Source: the human T2T-CHM13v2.0 reference genome, Homo sapiens
Length of the DNA: 64,000 nucleotides
NCBI RefSeq assembly: GCF_009914755.1
Contig: NC_060933.1
Strand: one strand, 5' to 3'
The position numbers and the translations under genes are program-made. Shown here one piece after another: positions 28,381 to 40,545 of this stretch (positions are counted from its first letter, which is position 1; the number at the start of each line of letters is the position of its first letter). The notes under the pieces are model-generated. The model saw only the letters and a program-made list of their open reading frames with translations, was not told where the DNA came from and made no database searches.

Positions 28381-28745
28381 TGTATTAGTCCATTTTCACA
28401 GTGCTGATAAAGACATACCCGACATTGGGCAATGTACAAAAGAAAGAGGTTTATTGGACTTACAGATCCACATGGCTAGGGAGGCCTCACAATCATGGCG
28501 GAAGGCAAGGAGGCGCAAGTCACATCTTATGTGGATGGCAGCAGGCAAAGAGAGAGCTTGTGCAGAGAACACCCATTTTTAAAACCATCAGATCTTGTGA
28601 GATCCACTCATTATCATGAGAACGGCACGGGAAAGACCCACCCCCATGATTCAATCATCTTCCACCAGGTCCCTCCCACAACACGTGGGAATTATGGGAG
28701 CTACAAGATGAGATTTGGGTGGGGACACAGAGCCAAACCATATCA
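28381..28745 (-). mobile_element. THE1 (A/B-like, ERVL-MaLR) solo LTR
   Basis: tgtattagtccattttcac...gatttgggtggggacacagagccaaaccatatca; about 365 bp with TG...CA ends. Confidence 0.93.
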
Positions 28746-29026
28746 CAGGTGTTACCCCATTAGTCCCCTCGGCACAGGGAAAGGCAGAGTGGGATAACCA
28801 GGGGTTTGGAGCCTGAGACCCAGGTTCAGATACTGCTTCTGCCATGTACAGAGCAGAGTGGCCCTGGGAAAGGCGGCCCACATGCACCTGGGCTTTCTTA
28901 CTTCCAACATGGAACCCTCTCTAAGGACTGCACAGCTGATGCTATTGAGCGTCCACGAGAGCTACTATTGGACACTGCACTCAGTAGGCACTCCCTGTAT
29001 GGTGGCAAATATTATCACTGTTGTCA

Positions 29027-29658
<632 letters not shown>

Positions 29659-29684
29659 TAAACACCCTGCCTAATAAGACGTGT

Positions 29685-29953
29685 TTTATTTTTATATTTT
29701 TCTTATTTTTTTAGAGACAGGGTCTTGCTCCATTACCCAGGCTGGAGTACAGTGGTATGATCATAGCTCACTGCAGCCTGGAACTTCTGGACTAATTTTT
29801 CTTTTTTCTTTTCTTTTTTTTTTAAATAGAGATGGGGGGGGAGTGGTCTCACTATGTTGCCCAGGCTGGCCTTGAACTCCCGGCCTCGAGCAGTCCTCCT
29901 GCCTTGACCGCCCAAAGTGCTGGGATTACAGGTGTGAGTCATTGCACCTGGCC
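29685..29953 (-). mobile_element. AluJ with a deletion in the right arm
   Basis: Sequence jumps from gaacttctgga directly to ctaattttt. Confidence 0.88.
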
Positions 29954-30845
29954 AACAAGGTTTTTTTATGAGGTAGCTTATTCCACTCACGAGTGAACTG
30001 GGGTCATTTGCTAAAGAGCCATCAATGTTAACAAGTTGGGCAGCACTTCCAATTTTCCTTAGCTCTTCCATATTCTCCTCTCTTCTAAATTCAGAATATC
30101 CTGGTTGGAGGGGAATTTCAACACAGTGGACTAATCCATTTACCAAGTGTTATAAAAGGTTTTCATGCCTGGGAAGGGTTATGAAATAGTTTTCCATCTC
30201 ACATTGTAAATATAAAATTCTTCACAATCTTCCTATCTCATCTCGTCTCCCTTTCAATAATAACAACACAAGTTCACATAAAATGTAAAGAAACAAAGAC
30301 AGAATAGAGAATTGTGCTTCCCAATCTTGGTTTCATGCTACCTCTGGGCTTCCCTTGCAGTCTTGGGAAAAATCCCCCAAACTATCAAAATTAGCTCATT
30401 TAATTTATAAAACGTATATTCAAATATATAAAATATAGCCCTTCCAGGGAAAGTGAATACAGAATGAATGCCAATGCCTGTATAAAAATAGGGCCTCCAA
30501 TCCAAAAAGATTCTATGTGAATCAAGTGGGATACAGGTTACCTGACAAAATGGGAAGCTACTGTTTTCTTGAACATACTGAAAATGTCAAGGTGCTCCTA
30601 ACAGATGTGAAGAGGAATCCTCGACAGCACACGTCCTTTATCTGTACATGACACTGAACATGACAGTAATGAAGCCTGCCTCACACTGTGTTCCTGTCTC
30701 ACTGAAACTACCTGCCACCCAAGGAAGCTGCTGTTTTCTGTGCTGGGTGGAACCAGCTGGCCCAGGGGTAGGCACCCTACACAGTGGCCTGGTAGAGAAG
30801 GCTCTGCCTCATACTGCTTAGGCCAACAAAACTGCGTCCTTCCAG

Positions 30846-31052
30846 GACCAGGTACGGTGGCTCATGCCTGTAATCCCAGCACTTTGGGAAGCCGGGATGG
30901 GAGAATTTCTTGAGCCTGGGAGGTTGAGGCTACAGTGAACTGTGATCAAGCCATTGCTCTCTAGCTTGGGTGACAGAGCAAGAGCAAGACCTTGTCAAAA
31001 AAAAAAAAAAAAAAAAAAAAACAGAAAAAGAAAAAGAAAAGAAAAAACCAAC
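30846..31052 (+). mobile_element. Monomeric Alu (FRAM/FAM-like or arm recombinant) with long A tail
   Basis: Single arm; TSD ctgcgtccttccag (30832-30845) / ctgcctccttccag (31053-31066). Confidence 0.85.
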
Positions 31053-32176
31053 CTGCCTCCTTCCAGAATTTGGACTGCAGAACATGGAAAAGAACCCAGA
31101 GCTGCCTTGGACTGCAAATTGTTCGCCCTTCCAGTTCCTTCTTCCTCCCATCTACCCAGCAAATATCTGTTAAATACATATTATGTGCAGGCCAGGCATT
31201 AGGCACCCAGAGTGAGAAATGAAATAGACATTCACAGAGCTAACAGTCTAGTGAAGGAGACAGGCAATGAAGAAGTGTATAAATACAGACATAGAAATTG
31301 CAAAGAGTTATGAAGGAAATGAACAAAACGGGGATAGCTTAAAGAGAGATTACTCAGGTAATATCTACATGTGAAAAAATGACATTTAGAACAGATCACT
31401 CAATTATTCACTTGCTCACTCATTTACTCAAATATTTATTAAGTACCCACCACGTGCCAAGCATCGTTCTAAGGACTGGAGACTGAGCAGGGAATACAAC
31501 AACTTGTGCTCTCAGGCTTGTACATTCTTGGATGGGGGAGGGGGTTGTGGGCAGATAATAAACAAAAAATATTTGGTCCGTATGGGGCTGTGAAGACAAC
31601 AAAGCTAACAAGGGGGTTGGTTCAAGTTTGATTGAAACCTACTGGGTAAGACAAGGTCATCCATGCCCAGTGCCGGAGCAGAGCAGCACAGGCCGAGAGG
31701 GCAGCACCTGCAAAGGCCTGGCATCCTAGGAACAGAAAGGGGGTCGGAGGTCGGACAGGTGGGCAAGAGTGTGGCTGGCCACCAGGGGCCTTTGAGACTC
31801 TGATGAGGAGCTGAGTTTTGTCTGGGTGAAATGGAAAGCTACTGTAGGGCTTTCAGCAGAAAAGTGGCATGTCTGATGTGTGCTTTTAAAGGAACACCTT
31901 CCTGGCTGCTTTGTGGAGGCATCAAGAGAAGAAATGGAAAGACCAGGAGAGGGAATGATGGTGTTACTGAAAAGGGATCCTGATCCAGACCCCGAGAGAG
32001 GGTTCTCGGATCTTGTGCAAGAAAGAATTTGAGGTAAATCCATAAAGTGACAGCAAATTTATTAGGAAAGTAAAGGAAAAAAAGAATGGCTACTCCATAG
32101 ACAGGCTGCTCAACTGACTATACTTACAGTTTCTTCTTGATTAGATGCTAAAGAAGGAGTGGATTATTCATGAGTT

Positions 32177-32206
32177 TTCCAGGAAAGAGGTGGGTATTTC
32201 CCAGAA
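32177..32206. promoter_or_regulatory. Tandem GAS (STAT) motifs in MER41B
   Basis: TTCCAGGAA at 32177-32185 and TTCCCAGAA at 32198-32206 both fit TTCNNNGAA. Confidence 0.7.
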
Positions 32207-32490
32207 CTAAGGGTTCCACTCCTTTTTAGACTATATAGGTTAACTTCCTGACATTGCCAGGGCATTTGTAAACTGTCACGGTGCTGGTGGGGGTGTCTTT
32301 TCAAATGCTAATGCATTATAATTAGCATATAATGAGTAGTGAGGATGACCAATGGTCACTTTTGCTGCCATCTTGGTTTTGGTGGGTTTTGGCTGGCTTC
32401 TTTACCACAACCTGTTTTATCAGCAAGGTGTTTGTGACCTGTACTTGTGCTGACCTCCTATCTCATCCTGTGACTAAGAATGCCTAACGT

Positions 32491-34199
32491 GCTCTCCCTC
32501 TCCCTCTCCCTCTCCCCACGGTCTCCCTCTCCCTCTCTTTCCACGGTCTCCCTCTGATGCCGAGCCGAAGCTGGACTGTACTGCTGCCATCTCAGCTCAC
32601 TGCAACCTCCCTGCCTGATTCTCCTGCCTCAGCCTGCGAGTGCCTGCGACTGCAGCCACGCGCCGCCACGCCTGACTGGTTTTCGTATTTTTTTGGTGGA
32701 GACGGGGTTTCGCCGTGTTGGCCGGGCTGGTCTCCATCTCCTAACCGTGAGTGATCCGCCAGCCTCCGCCTACCGAGGTGCCGGGATTGCAGACGTAGCC
32801 TCGTTCACTCAGTGCTCAATGGTGCCCAGGCTGGAGTGCAGTGGCGTGATCTCGGCTGGCTACAACCTCCACCTCCCAGCCGCCTGCCTTGGCCCCCCAA
32901 AGTGCCGAGATTGCAGCCTCTGCCCGGCTGCCACCCCGTCTGGGAAGTGAGGAGCGTCTCTGCCTGGCCGCCCATCGTCTGGGATGTGAGGAGCCCCTCT
33001 GCCTGGCTGCCCAGTCTGGAAAGTGAGGAGCGTCTCTGCCCGGCCGCCATCCCATCTAGGAATTGAGGAGCGCCTCTTCCCGGCCGCCATCACATCTAGG
33101 AAGTGAGGAGCATCTCTGCCCGGCCGCCCATCGTCTGAGATGTGGGGAGCGCCTCTGCCCCGCCGCCCCGTCTGGGATGTGAGGAGCGCCTCTGCCCGGC
33201 CGCGACCCCGTCTGGAAGGTGAGGAGCATCTCTGCCCGGCTGCCCCATCTGAGAAGTGAGGAGACCCTCTGCCTGGCAACCGCCCCGTCTGAGAAGTGAG
33301 GAGCCCCTCCGCCCGGCAGCCGCCCCGTCTGAGAAGTGAGGAGTCTCTCCGCCCGGCAGCCACCCGGTCTGGGAAGTGAGGAGCGTCTCCGCCCGGCAGC
33401 CACCCTGTCCGGGAGGGAGGTGGGGGGGTCAGCCCCCCGGCTCGGCCAGCCGCCCCGTCCAGGAGGTGAGGGGCGCCTCTGCCCGGCCGCCCCTACTGGG
33501 AAGTGAGGAGCCCCTCTGCCCAGCCAGCCGCCCTGTCTGGGAGGGAGGTGGGGGGGTCAGCCCCCCGCCCGGCCAGCCGCCCCGTCCGGGAGGTGAGGGG
33601 CGCCTCTGCCCGGCCGCCCATACTGGGAAATGAGGAGCCCCTCTGCCCGGCCACCACCCCGTCTGGGAGGTGTACCCAACAGCTCATTGAGAACGGGCCA
33701 GCATGACAATGGCGGTTTTGTGGAATAGAAAGCGGGGAAAGGTGGGGAAAAGATTGAGAAATCGGATGGGTGCCGTGTCTGTGTAGAAAGAAGTAGACAT
33801 GGGAGACTTTTCATTTTGTTCTGTACTAAGAAAAATTCTTCTGCCTTGGGATCCTGTTGATCTGTGACCTTACCCCCAACCCAGTGCTCTCTGAAACATG
33901 TGCTGTGTCCACTCAGGGTTAAATGGATTAAGGGTGGTGCAAGATGTGCTTTGTTAAACCGATGCTTGAAGGCAGCATGCTCGTTAAGAGTCATCACCAC
34001 TCCCTAATCTCAAGTACCCAGGGACACAAACACTGCGGAAGGCCGCAGGGTCCTCTGCCTAGGAAAACCAGAGACCTTTGTTCACTTGTTTATCTGCTGA
34101 CCTTCCCTCCACTATTGTCCTATGACACTGCCAAATCCCCCTCTGCGAGAAACACCCAAGAATGATCAATTAAAAAAAAAAAAAAAAGAACTTTAATAA
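32491..34199 (+). mobile_element. Full-length SVA (SVA_D-like), antisense to MED27
   Basis: (CCCTCT)n head, Alu-like region, GC-rich VNTR at about 32920-33670, SINE-R at about 33670-34170, and an A tail; 15-bp TSD aagaatgcctaacgt at 32476-32490 and 34200-34214. Confidence 0.97.
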
Positions 34200-37100
34200 A
34201 AGAATGCCTAACGTCCTGGGAATGCAGCCCAGAAGGTCTCAGCCTTATTTTACCCAGCCCCTATTCAAGATGGAGTTGCTCTGGTTCAAATGCCTCTGAC
34301 AATAGCAGCTTCAACTAGGGTGGTGGCAGTAGAGAAGTGAGAAGCCAATCAATTTAGGAATTGATATGATTTGCTGATGGAGTGGATATGAGGAGTGAGA
34401 AAAAAGGGGAAACTACGTAAGGAAGCCTGCAGGCTTCTGGTTTGAGCACCAGGTAATGACTTTGCTATTTATTGAGAAGAAGAAGGGAAAAAACCTGGAG
34501 GGGAAATATCACTTCCTTTTCACCAAGTTTAGGATACTTTTGAAATATGTAAGTGAAGAGATGTTAAATGGGCAGGCCAGGCACAGCTGAGGGCTGAGCT
34601 AGAGATAGTTCAATTTTATGAACAATAATAATAGGCCCTCTTTTTCAAGGTAGCCTGAGTGAATCTCAGATAAGCTGATGCTCATCCTAAACCCACTCCT
34701 GTGAGCAGCATTAGTGTGGACTCTGAGGGGCTCAAGGGGGCTCTTCCCCAAAAGTGGTGGGCCCCTGGACTTAAACAGGACTGTCCTCTTGATAAGGCAG
34801 ATTCAAGTCCAGGTGAAGGTGGTCCCCACACAGACCTGCCGCTTGCATTAGAAGGGTGCCACAGCAGCACTGGCTTTTTAATATTTTGTCTGTAGGATAT
34901 ATGCCAACTTGACCTTGATGTAGACAATTTTAATACAAATCAATATGTGGACAAGGTCACTTTAAAAATCCAATTAATAAGAATGGAAAAATATGTCCCA
35001 CAGTTCTGTGAGCTGAAAGTGGAACAGTTGCAAGTTAGCAACAACGAGAGAGGCAACCAAACAACACTGTTTGGGTTCTTGTGTGTCTGAGAATGCAGCT
35101 CTCTGTGTCCTTAGATACATGAGGTAGTTAGAATACTGAAAACTTTTTTATTTTGCTTCTATTTAGGGTAGCTTAAAATTAAACTGTAGTTTGTTTGAAG
35201 AAAAACATAAGATGTACTGAAAACTGTGAATTCCTATAACCTAATTTTAAATAAATTAAACTCTGGACTTCAACTCACCCAGGAATCCCTAGAGAAATCT
35301 AAGGCTTTTATAAGATTTGAATAGTAGCAGTTTGCATTTATGTAGAATGCATTTACAAAACTGTTTGCAATGATCACCACGATATAAGGGGAAACCGAGG
35401 CGCTGGTATTTAAGAGTCTTGTTTATTCCTACAAGCATTATTCAACCAGGGCTCTAGGCACTTCCTTCTCAGATTTACCACCTCTACCCCTATATTTTAC
35501 TCCTGATTAATGAGAAAATTTTATTTTATGCCAAGAATTACACAACCACACAATACATTATAGGAATGTATTATGTATTACTATTATTACTGGATTCTTC
35601 CATATTGTTCTATTTTCCTTGTTACATTGTATCCCATTTGGAATCTCAGCTTTTCTATCCTTAAACCAGGTTGTAAGAGAATATAAATGATTAAGCATCT
35701 ACCTAAAGACAAAACTGCCTTGTAACATCAAGGAACAGCAGCAAATTATGTAAAATCAGAATGTGATATTAGGGGTGCCAGTGAAATAACATAAACCTGT
35801 TTCTCAACTCATTTACATTTGGATTTTTTTTTTAAAGGGCTACTGAAGGGCCCAGAGCTGAGTAATACAGAAAAGTCCCACACTTTGCATGGCTTTTTCA
35901 GCATCCTAGGGAATCCTCACGGATTTGAAGTGCAGATGTCCTGCTATGCAGGGCTGAAAAGAAAGCTTCCATCTAAACAACACCGGCTAAGGTCACAGAC
36001 AATTGTGTGAGTGTGTCTGTTCACCTCCACAGATTACACTGCAGCGACAAATTAAAAAGAGCCCAACTCTTTGCAGCCAAAGGACAAGCTGCTGCCTTGC
36101 ATAATGTCTGCTCTGTCCTCCCCTCCTGGACTGGTGCGGAGGATCGTTCTGCATTTTCCTTCGTTCGAAAATAATACAAACCAGCAGACTTCCCATCTAT
36201 CCCTCCCCACCCCCCACAACCACCAGTTACCTCATCTGCCACTAGTATTAATGCTCTTCATATACTCATTATTTTTTAATGATGCCTGTTTGTAAATAGC
36301 AAGATGGGATGCAATTAAACCATGAGAGGCTAAATAAACATACATACTAATTAGGATCTTTACAAGAGATTTTTTTTTCATGTATAGACTGGAATTTACC
36401 TTTCATTAATCTAACTTAATTGCAATAGTGCACCAATAAAGAGTCAACACAAATTAAGTGCTCTAAATGATTTCCCCATATTAAGGATGAGCAAGTGATC
36501 CTTCCTTTGGGTAACAAGCCATAGCGTGCAGGAGGAGGAGACTAAATGGGAAAACAGTACCACTAAACATTAGGAGGATTTTGGCACTAAGATAGGTATT
36601 GACACCATTATCAGAATGCTGGTGCTTCAGATGCCTGAAGTTAATGAGGTCAAGGTCACAGGTTCAAACTGCAGCTTCATCCCTCTTGCAAGTCAACTAG
36701 CTTTGCTTGGTTCCATGGTAGCAGACATCACCCCTTACATGTGTCAGCTGTCACTGGTTCCAAGAGAGACCAAATAAGGGTTTGGAACAATGGGTTCAAA
36801 TCCATTCCCACTCCTAGAATAATAATGGCCAGGAACATTTGCTTCGTGGCAAGGCAGTAGATATTTCTGTATGAAAAGAACATCTGTTATTTGCAGGAAA
36901 AGAAAAGTTCTCATGTTTTAACCTTTGATTCTAGAAGGTGTGAAAGATTATATACATTTGGCAACTAACTTGAAGCAAGAATATGATGGTATATCAACAT
37001 TAGATATAGTCTTTTAGCAAAGATGCAGAGTACCTAGCAACGTATTCATTAAACAGGTGCTGACTGAGCCCTGCCTAGCTAGCAGGTGCTGTGCATGGTC

Positions 37101-37439
37101 AGGAATCTAGAAAAATGTCACTCATCTAGAGCACTCTCCATCCTTTACATATTTTACTTTTCCTTCCCTGATCACTGCTGTTAACTGTCTATTGCCTTTC
37201 TCTCCTGGTCAAACACAGACATGCATGGAGATGCAGTGGCCCCAACTTCCCTGCTGCCCCACAGCTGAGCCAGTGGTACCTCTGCCTTAGAACTTGGCAA
37301 ATCTTAAAAAGCAAGGGCCTGAAAAGTCCAGAAAGGCAAGGGGGCTAAGCCTACCACCCCGAGGAACTGAGACTCTATATTAAACTATATAACCAAGAGA
37401 CCAATTAGATTCTGGAGTTCCTAATTTAAAAAGAAGTAT

Positions 37440-37683
37440 TTGGGAAGCTCTCCTTGACATTTTCCAAAGTCTACTTCATGAAAAGGGGTCTGTGGTCAAG
37501 CATGTCCAGGAAACAACATGCTCCTCTTGAAGATTCAGTGTGTATGAATTAAAGGCTCTGAAAAGGACTGCAACTAAGGAAAGTGCTTAGCTTTCTTTAA
37601 CCAGTGAGTGCTTCCTAAACTTACTGCACACATGAACTTCCTTAAGAATTAGTGTTCCAAGAAACCCACTTTGGGAAACACTG
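37440..37683. mobile_element. MER103-like hAT-Charlie relic
   Basis: Ends cactttgggaaacactg; attaaaggctctgaaaag internal motif. Confidence 0.5.
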
Positions 37684-38569
37684 TTACATTAGTATCAGGA
37701 AAAAAATAACTCGCTATTCAACCAGGCACTGGTAGCCTGGATCCTGGTTTTGTGGTTTGATACCACACCTGACTTCACTCACTCCCATGTCACTCCCTGC
37801 AGGCAAAAAGGTGACAGCAATGCTGCTCCCCACTCCCTCACCCCCGAGTCTGGAACCCACTGAACCTGACTTCACTGTGCCACAGACCAACAGAGGCTCC
37901 AAGGATAGGAAATGGCTCCCTGACAGACTGTGGATAAAAATCTATCAACTCTAAGACGTTTAATCGCTCCCAGTTCAAGAACTTTCAAAGATCCACTCTT
38001 AAATTCCTTTTTATGGTTACATTATAAGTCTCTGAAAACCCAGTCTTGTAACAGCATCACCAACAGCCCTCACTTAATCACTCTGGTAGATCATATATAA
38101 AAACAAAACAGAGCTAAAAAAAATCATTCCATGTTAGCGAGCAGATGTCTAGCCCATTTGCAATTAATACGACCCACTTCCATACAATCAGACTACTTAA
38201 AATTCCTGGAACAAGATGTAAAAGTTAAGATGCAAATGTTCTGATTTTAATGAGAATGAATGGAAACTATAAAATCCTCTCTCCCTTTGAGGGTAGGTAC
38301 AATCTACATATAAGTCCCAACTGCACACTAAATTTATCAACAAAACAATCATTTGATAACGCTTGTGTGAAGGAAGAAAATAGAACTGGGAAAGTCAGAA
38401 GTATTTTCAGAAAGCACTGCCTACCAAAATTACATTTGATCAAAACCATTATTCTTTTAAAAAACTTCACTCATTTCAATACATTTCCCTTAGTCCCCTA
38501 CATGCACTAGGAGCTTTCTGTATTTCTTTGAATCTCTGTGACCTTTTCATGGATAGTAGCAGAGGTTGA

Positions 38570-38795
38570 TAAAGAAAGACCAGGACTTGGGCATTTCATG
38601 GATCTCACTTCAAATCCCAGCTGTACCACTTAATGTGACCTTGAACAAGTTATTGAACCTTCTGAGTCTCAGTGTTCTCATCTATAAAACAGTGATAACA
38701 TCTTCGGCTGACGGGTGAGTGTGAACATCAAATAAATAATCATAAGCATATAGTAAGGGGTCAAATAGAGTCCTGAGCACACAGTAGGCATATTA
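38570..38795 (+). mobile_element. MIR
   Basis: tgtgaccttgaacaagttattgaaccttctgagtctcagt. Confidence 0.75.
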
Positions 38796-39759
38796 AGTGG
38801 TAGCAGTCATCAGAATAATATTCACAGTGGCAGGGGCATACTCTTCTAGGATCAAAAGGCAAATCTCACTGTTCACTTGTATTTCTCCCTGTTTGAAAGG
38901 CTGTTTGTTCGGCTTACCACAGTTGCATCCCTCCCTCAATGGTCCAGTCATGAAGTCTCTCCAGGGGTCTGTATTGTCCATGGCTAGGTGGCAGTAGGTT
39001 TCTCCAGGTGTGGACCCCAGCCCAACTCCATCTGAACCAGATACCCGAGCCTGCCTCCCGCTTTACCCCATCAATTCTGGGGCGAAACTGACACTTCTAA
39101 CAAGCACCGAGGGCGGTCCAATGATTCCCTGAGCCACTGGCGTGGTACCAAACGCAGGACAGCACTCTGCCAGTCTTTGCTGAATGGCACAACCAAAACT
39201 CAAACTTTAATTCCTCTAGCGCTTGCTTGTACCGCTTGTCTTCATTCATTCATTCAACAGCTCTTAACAGAACGCTTCCTTTGTGCCAGGTGCAGTTCTA
39301 AGACTTGGAAATATGATAAGTAACAAGAAATAATGTGATAAAATTATATTCTTCTGGGGGAGCTTGCAGCCTAGCAGGGGATTTGTTCAAGGATGAGGGC
39401 AGAGGGCAGGGACCTGACACTGACTTTCTTTTTATCTTTTGTGACTGGCACAAACCCTATGGAAATCAGGCACTCAAAAAGTATTTGATGACAACGATGA
39501 ACAAACTCAAGACAGTAAGACTTCAAAGGTACAATAAAATCCATAGAGACTTGGTAGTGGTTCAGGAACATCCAGTAATGGGAAGCCATGTAGTACAGCA
39601 GAAAGCAAACACACTTTGGAGTCCGGCTGACTGAGGTTAAATTTTGGCTTTGCTGCTAATTTGCTAGGCAGGCAGGCAAGTTCTTCTGCCTCTCTGTGCA
39701 GTACCTTCCTCTGAGGGCTGCTGTGAGATTACACTGTAAAATGGTGCATTCCTATCATG

Positions 39760-40545
39760 AATGGTTATTGGGCATTCAGCACGAGCCAGGTGCTACTGTA
39801 TATGAGGGATACAAAAGCGTTGTACACTGAGGATACAGCAGTGACCAAAACAGTCTCTATCCTCACAGAGCTCTCATTCTAGTGGGTGGAGCCTGGAAAC
39901 AAGAAACAAATAACATGGGGAAGAGATGGGTCACGTAGGGGCTTAGAGATCATGGTAAGGATGTCTCTTGGTGCAATGGGAAGCCCGTGGATTCTCCTGA
40001 GCAGAACAGTGACACTGCACAAGTGGCACTCTAGCTGCTGTGCAGATTACATGGGTGCAAGGGTGGAGGCAGAGAGGCCAGTTGGGAGGATGTGGAGAAA
40101 GATGGCAGCCTGAACTGGGTGGCACTGGGGAAAGGTGAGTGAATTCTGGATATGCTTCTCAGGAAGAACCCATGGAATTTACCAATGGATTGATTGTGAA
40201 GTATGGGAGAAAGACGAGGCAAGGACAACTCCAAGAATTCTGGCGTGGGCAACAGGAAGAATCTCAAGCAGCAAATGTGGAAGTCAAATGGCGACATGAA
40301 CAGGCAGATTAATCTGAGGCTGAAGTCCAGGGAAAGGCCAAGACTAAGGATGTCAACTTGGGTGCAGCCAGCAAATAGAACCATTTAAAGCCATGAGATG
40401 TATGAGATTATCTAGGGAGTAGGAGTAGACAGAGAGGGGACAAGACCAAAAGCTGAGCTCCCAGACACGTCAATGTTTTGGGGAGATGAGGAGCAATCTA
40501 TAAAGGAGACCAAGAAGGGATAGCCAGTGAAGGGGGAGGTGACCC
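39760..40545 (-). mobile_element. L2 remnant
   Basis: Typical degenerate L2 motifs (gggtggaggcagagaggccagttgggagg; atttaaagccatgaga). Confidence 0.6.

Larger units (their letters stand above)
31962..34301 (-). mobile_element. MER41B-like ERV1 solo LTR, split by SVA into 31962-32490 and 34200-34301
   Basis: Minus strand begins TGTCAGAGGCATTTGAACCAGAGCAACTCCATCTTGAATAGGGGCTGGGTAAAATAAGGCTGAGACC and ends ...GTAACA; 4-bp flanks atgg/atag. Confidence 0.9.
31410..34610 (-). mobile_element. L2 remnant (about 31410-31961 and 34302-34610) hosting MER41B and SVA
   Basis: ctcactcatttactcaaatatttattaagtacc is an L2 3' end; L2-like sequence resumes after the LTR. Confidence 0.65.

Noticed and set aside
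31778-31795. CTCF-like GGCCACCAGGGGCC
   Set aside because: Imperfect 3' half inside a degenerate L2; expected by chance.
32557-34165. Many overlapping ORFs and a CpG-island-like tandem array
   Set aside because: All lie within the SVA; the GC-rich VNTR lacks stops. It is not a promoter island, and not a CRISPR array since there are no unique spacers.
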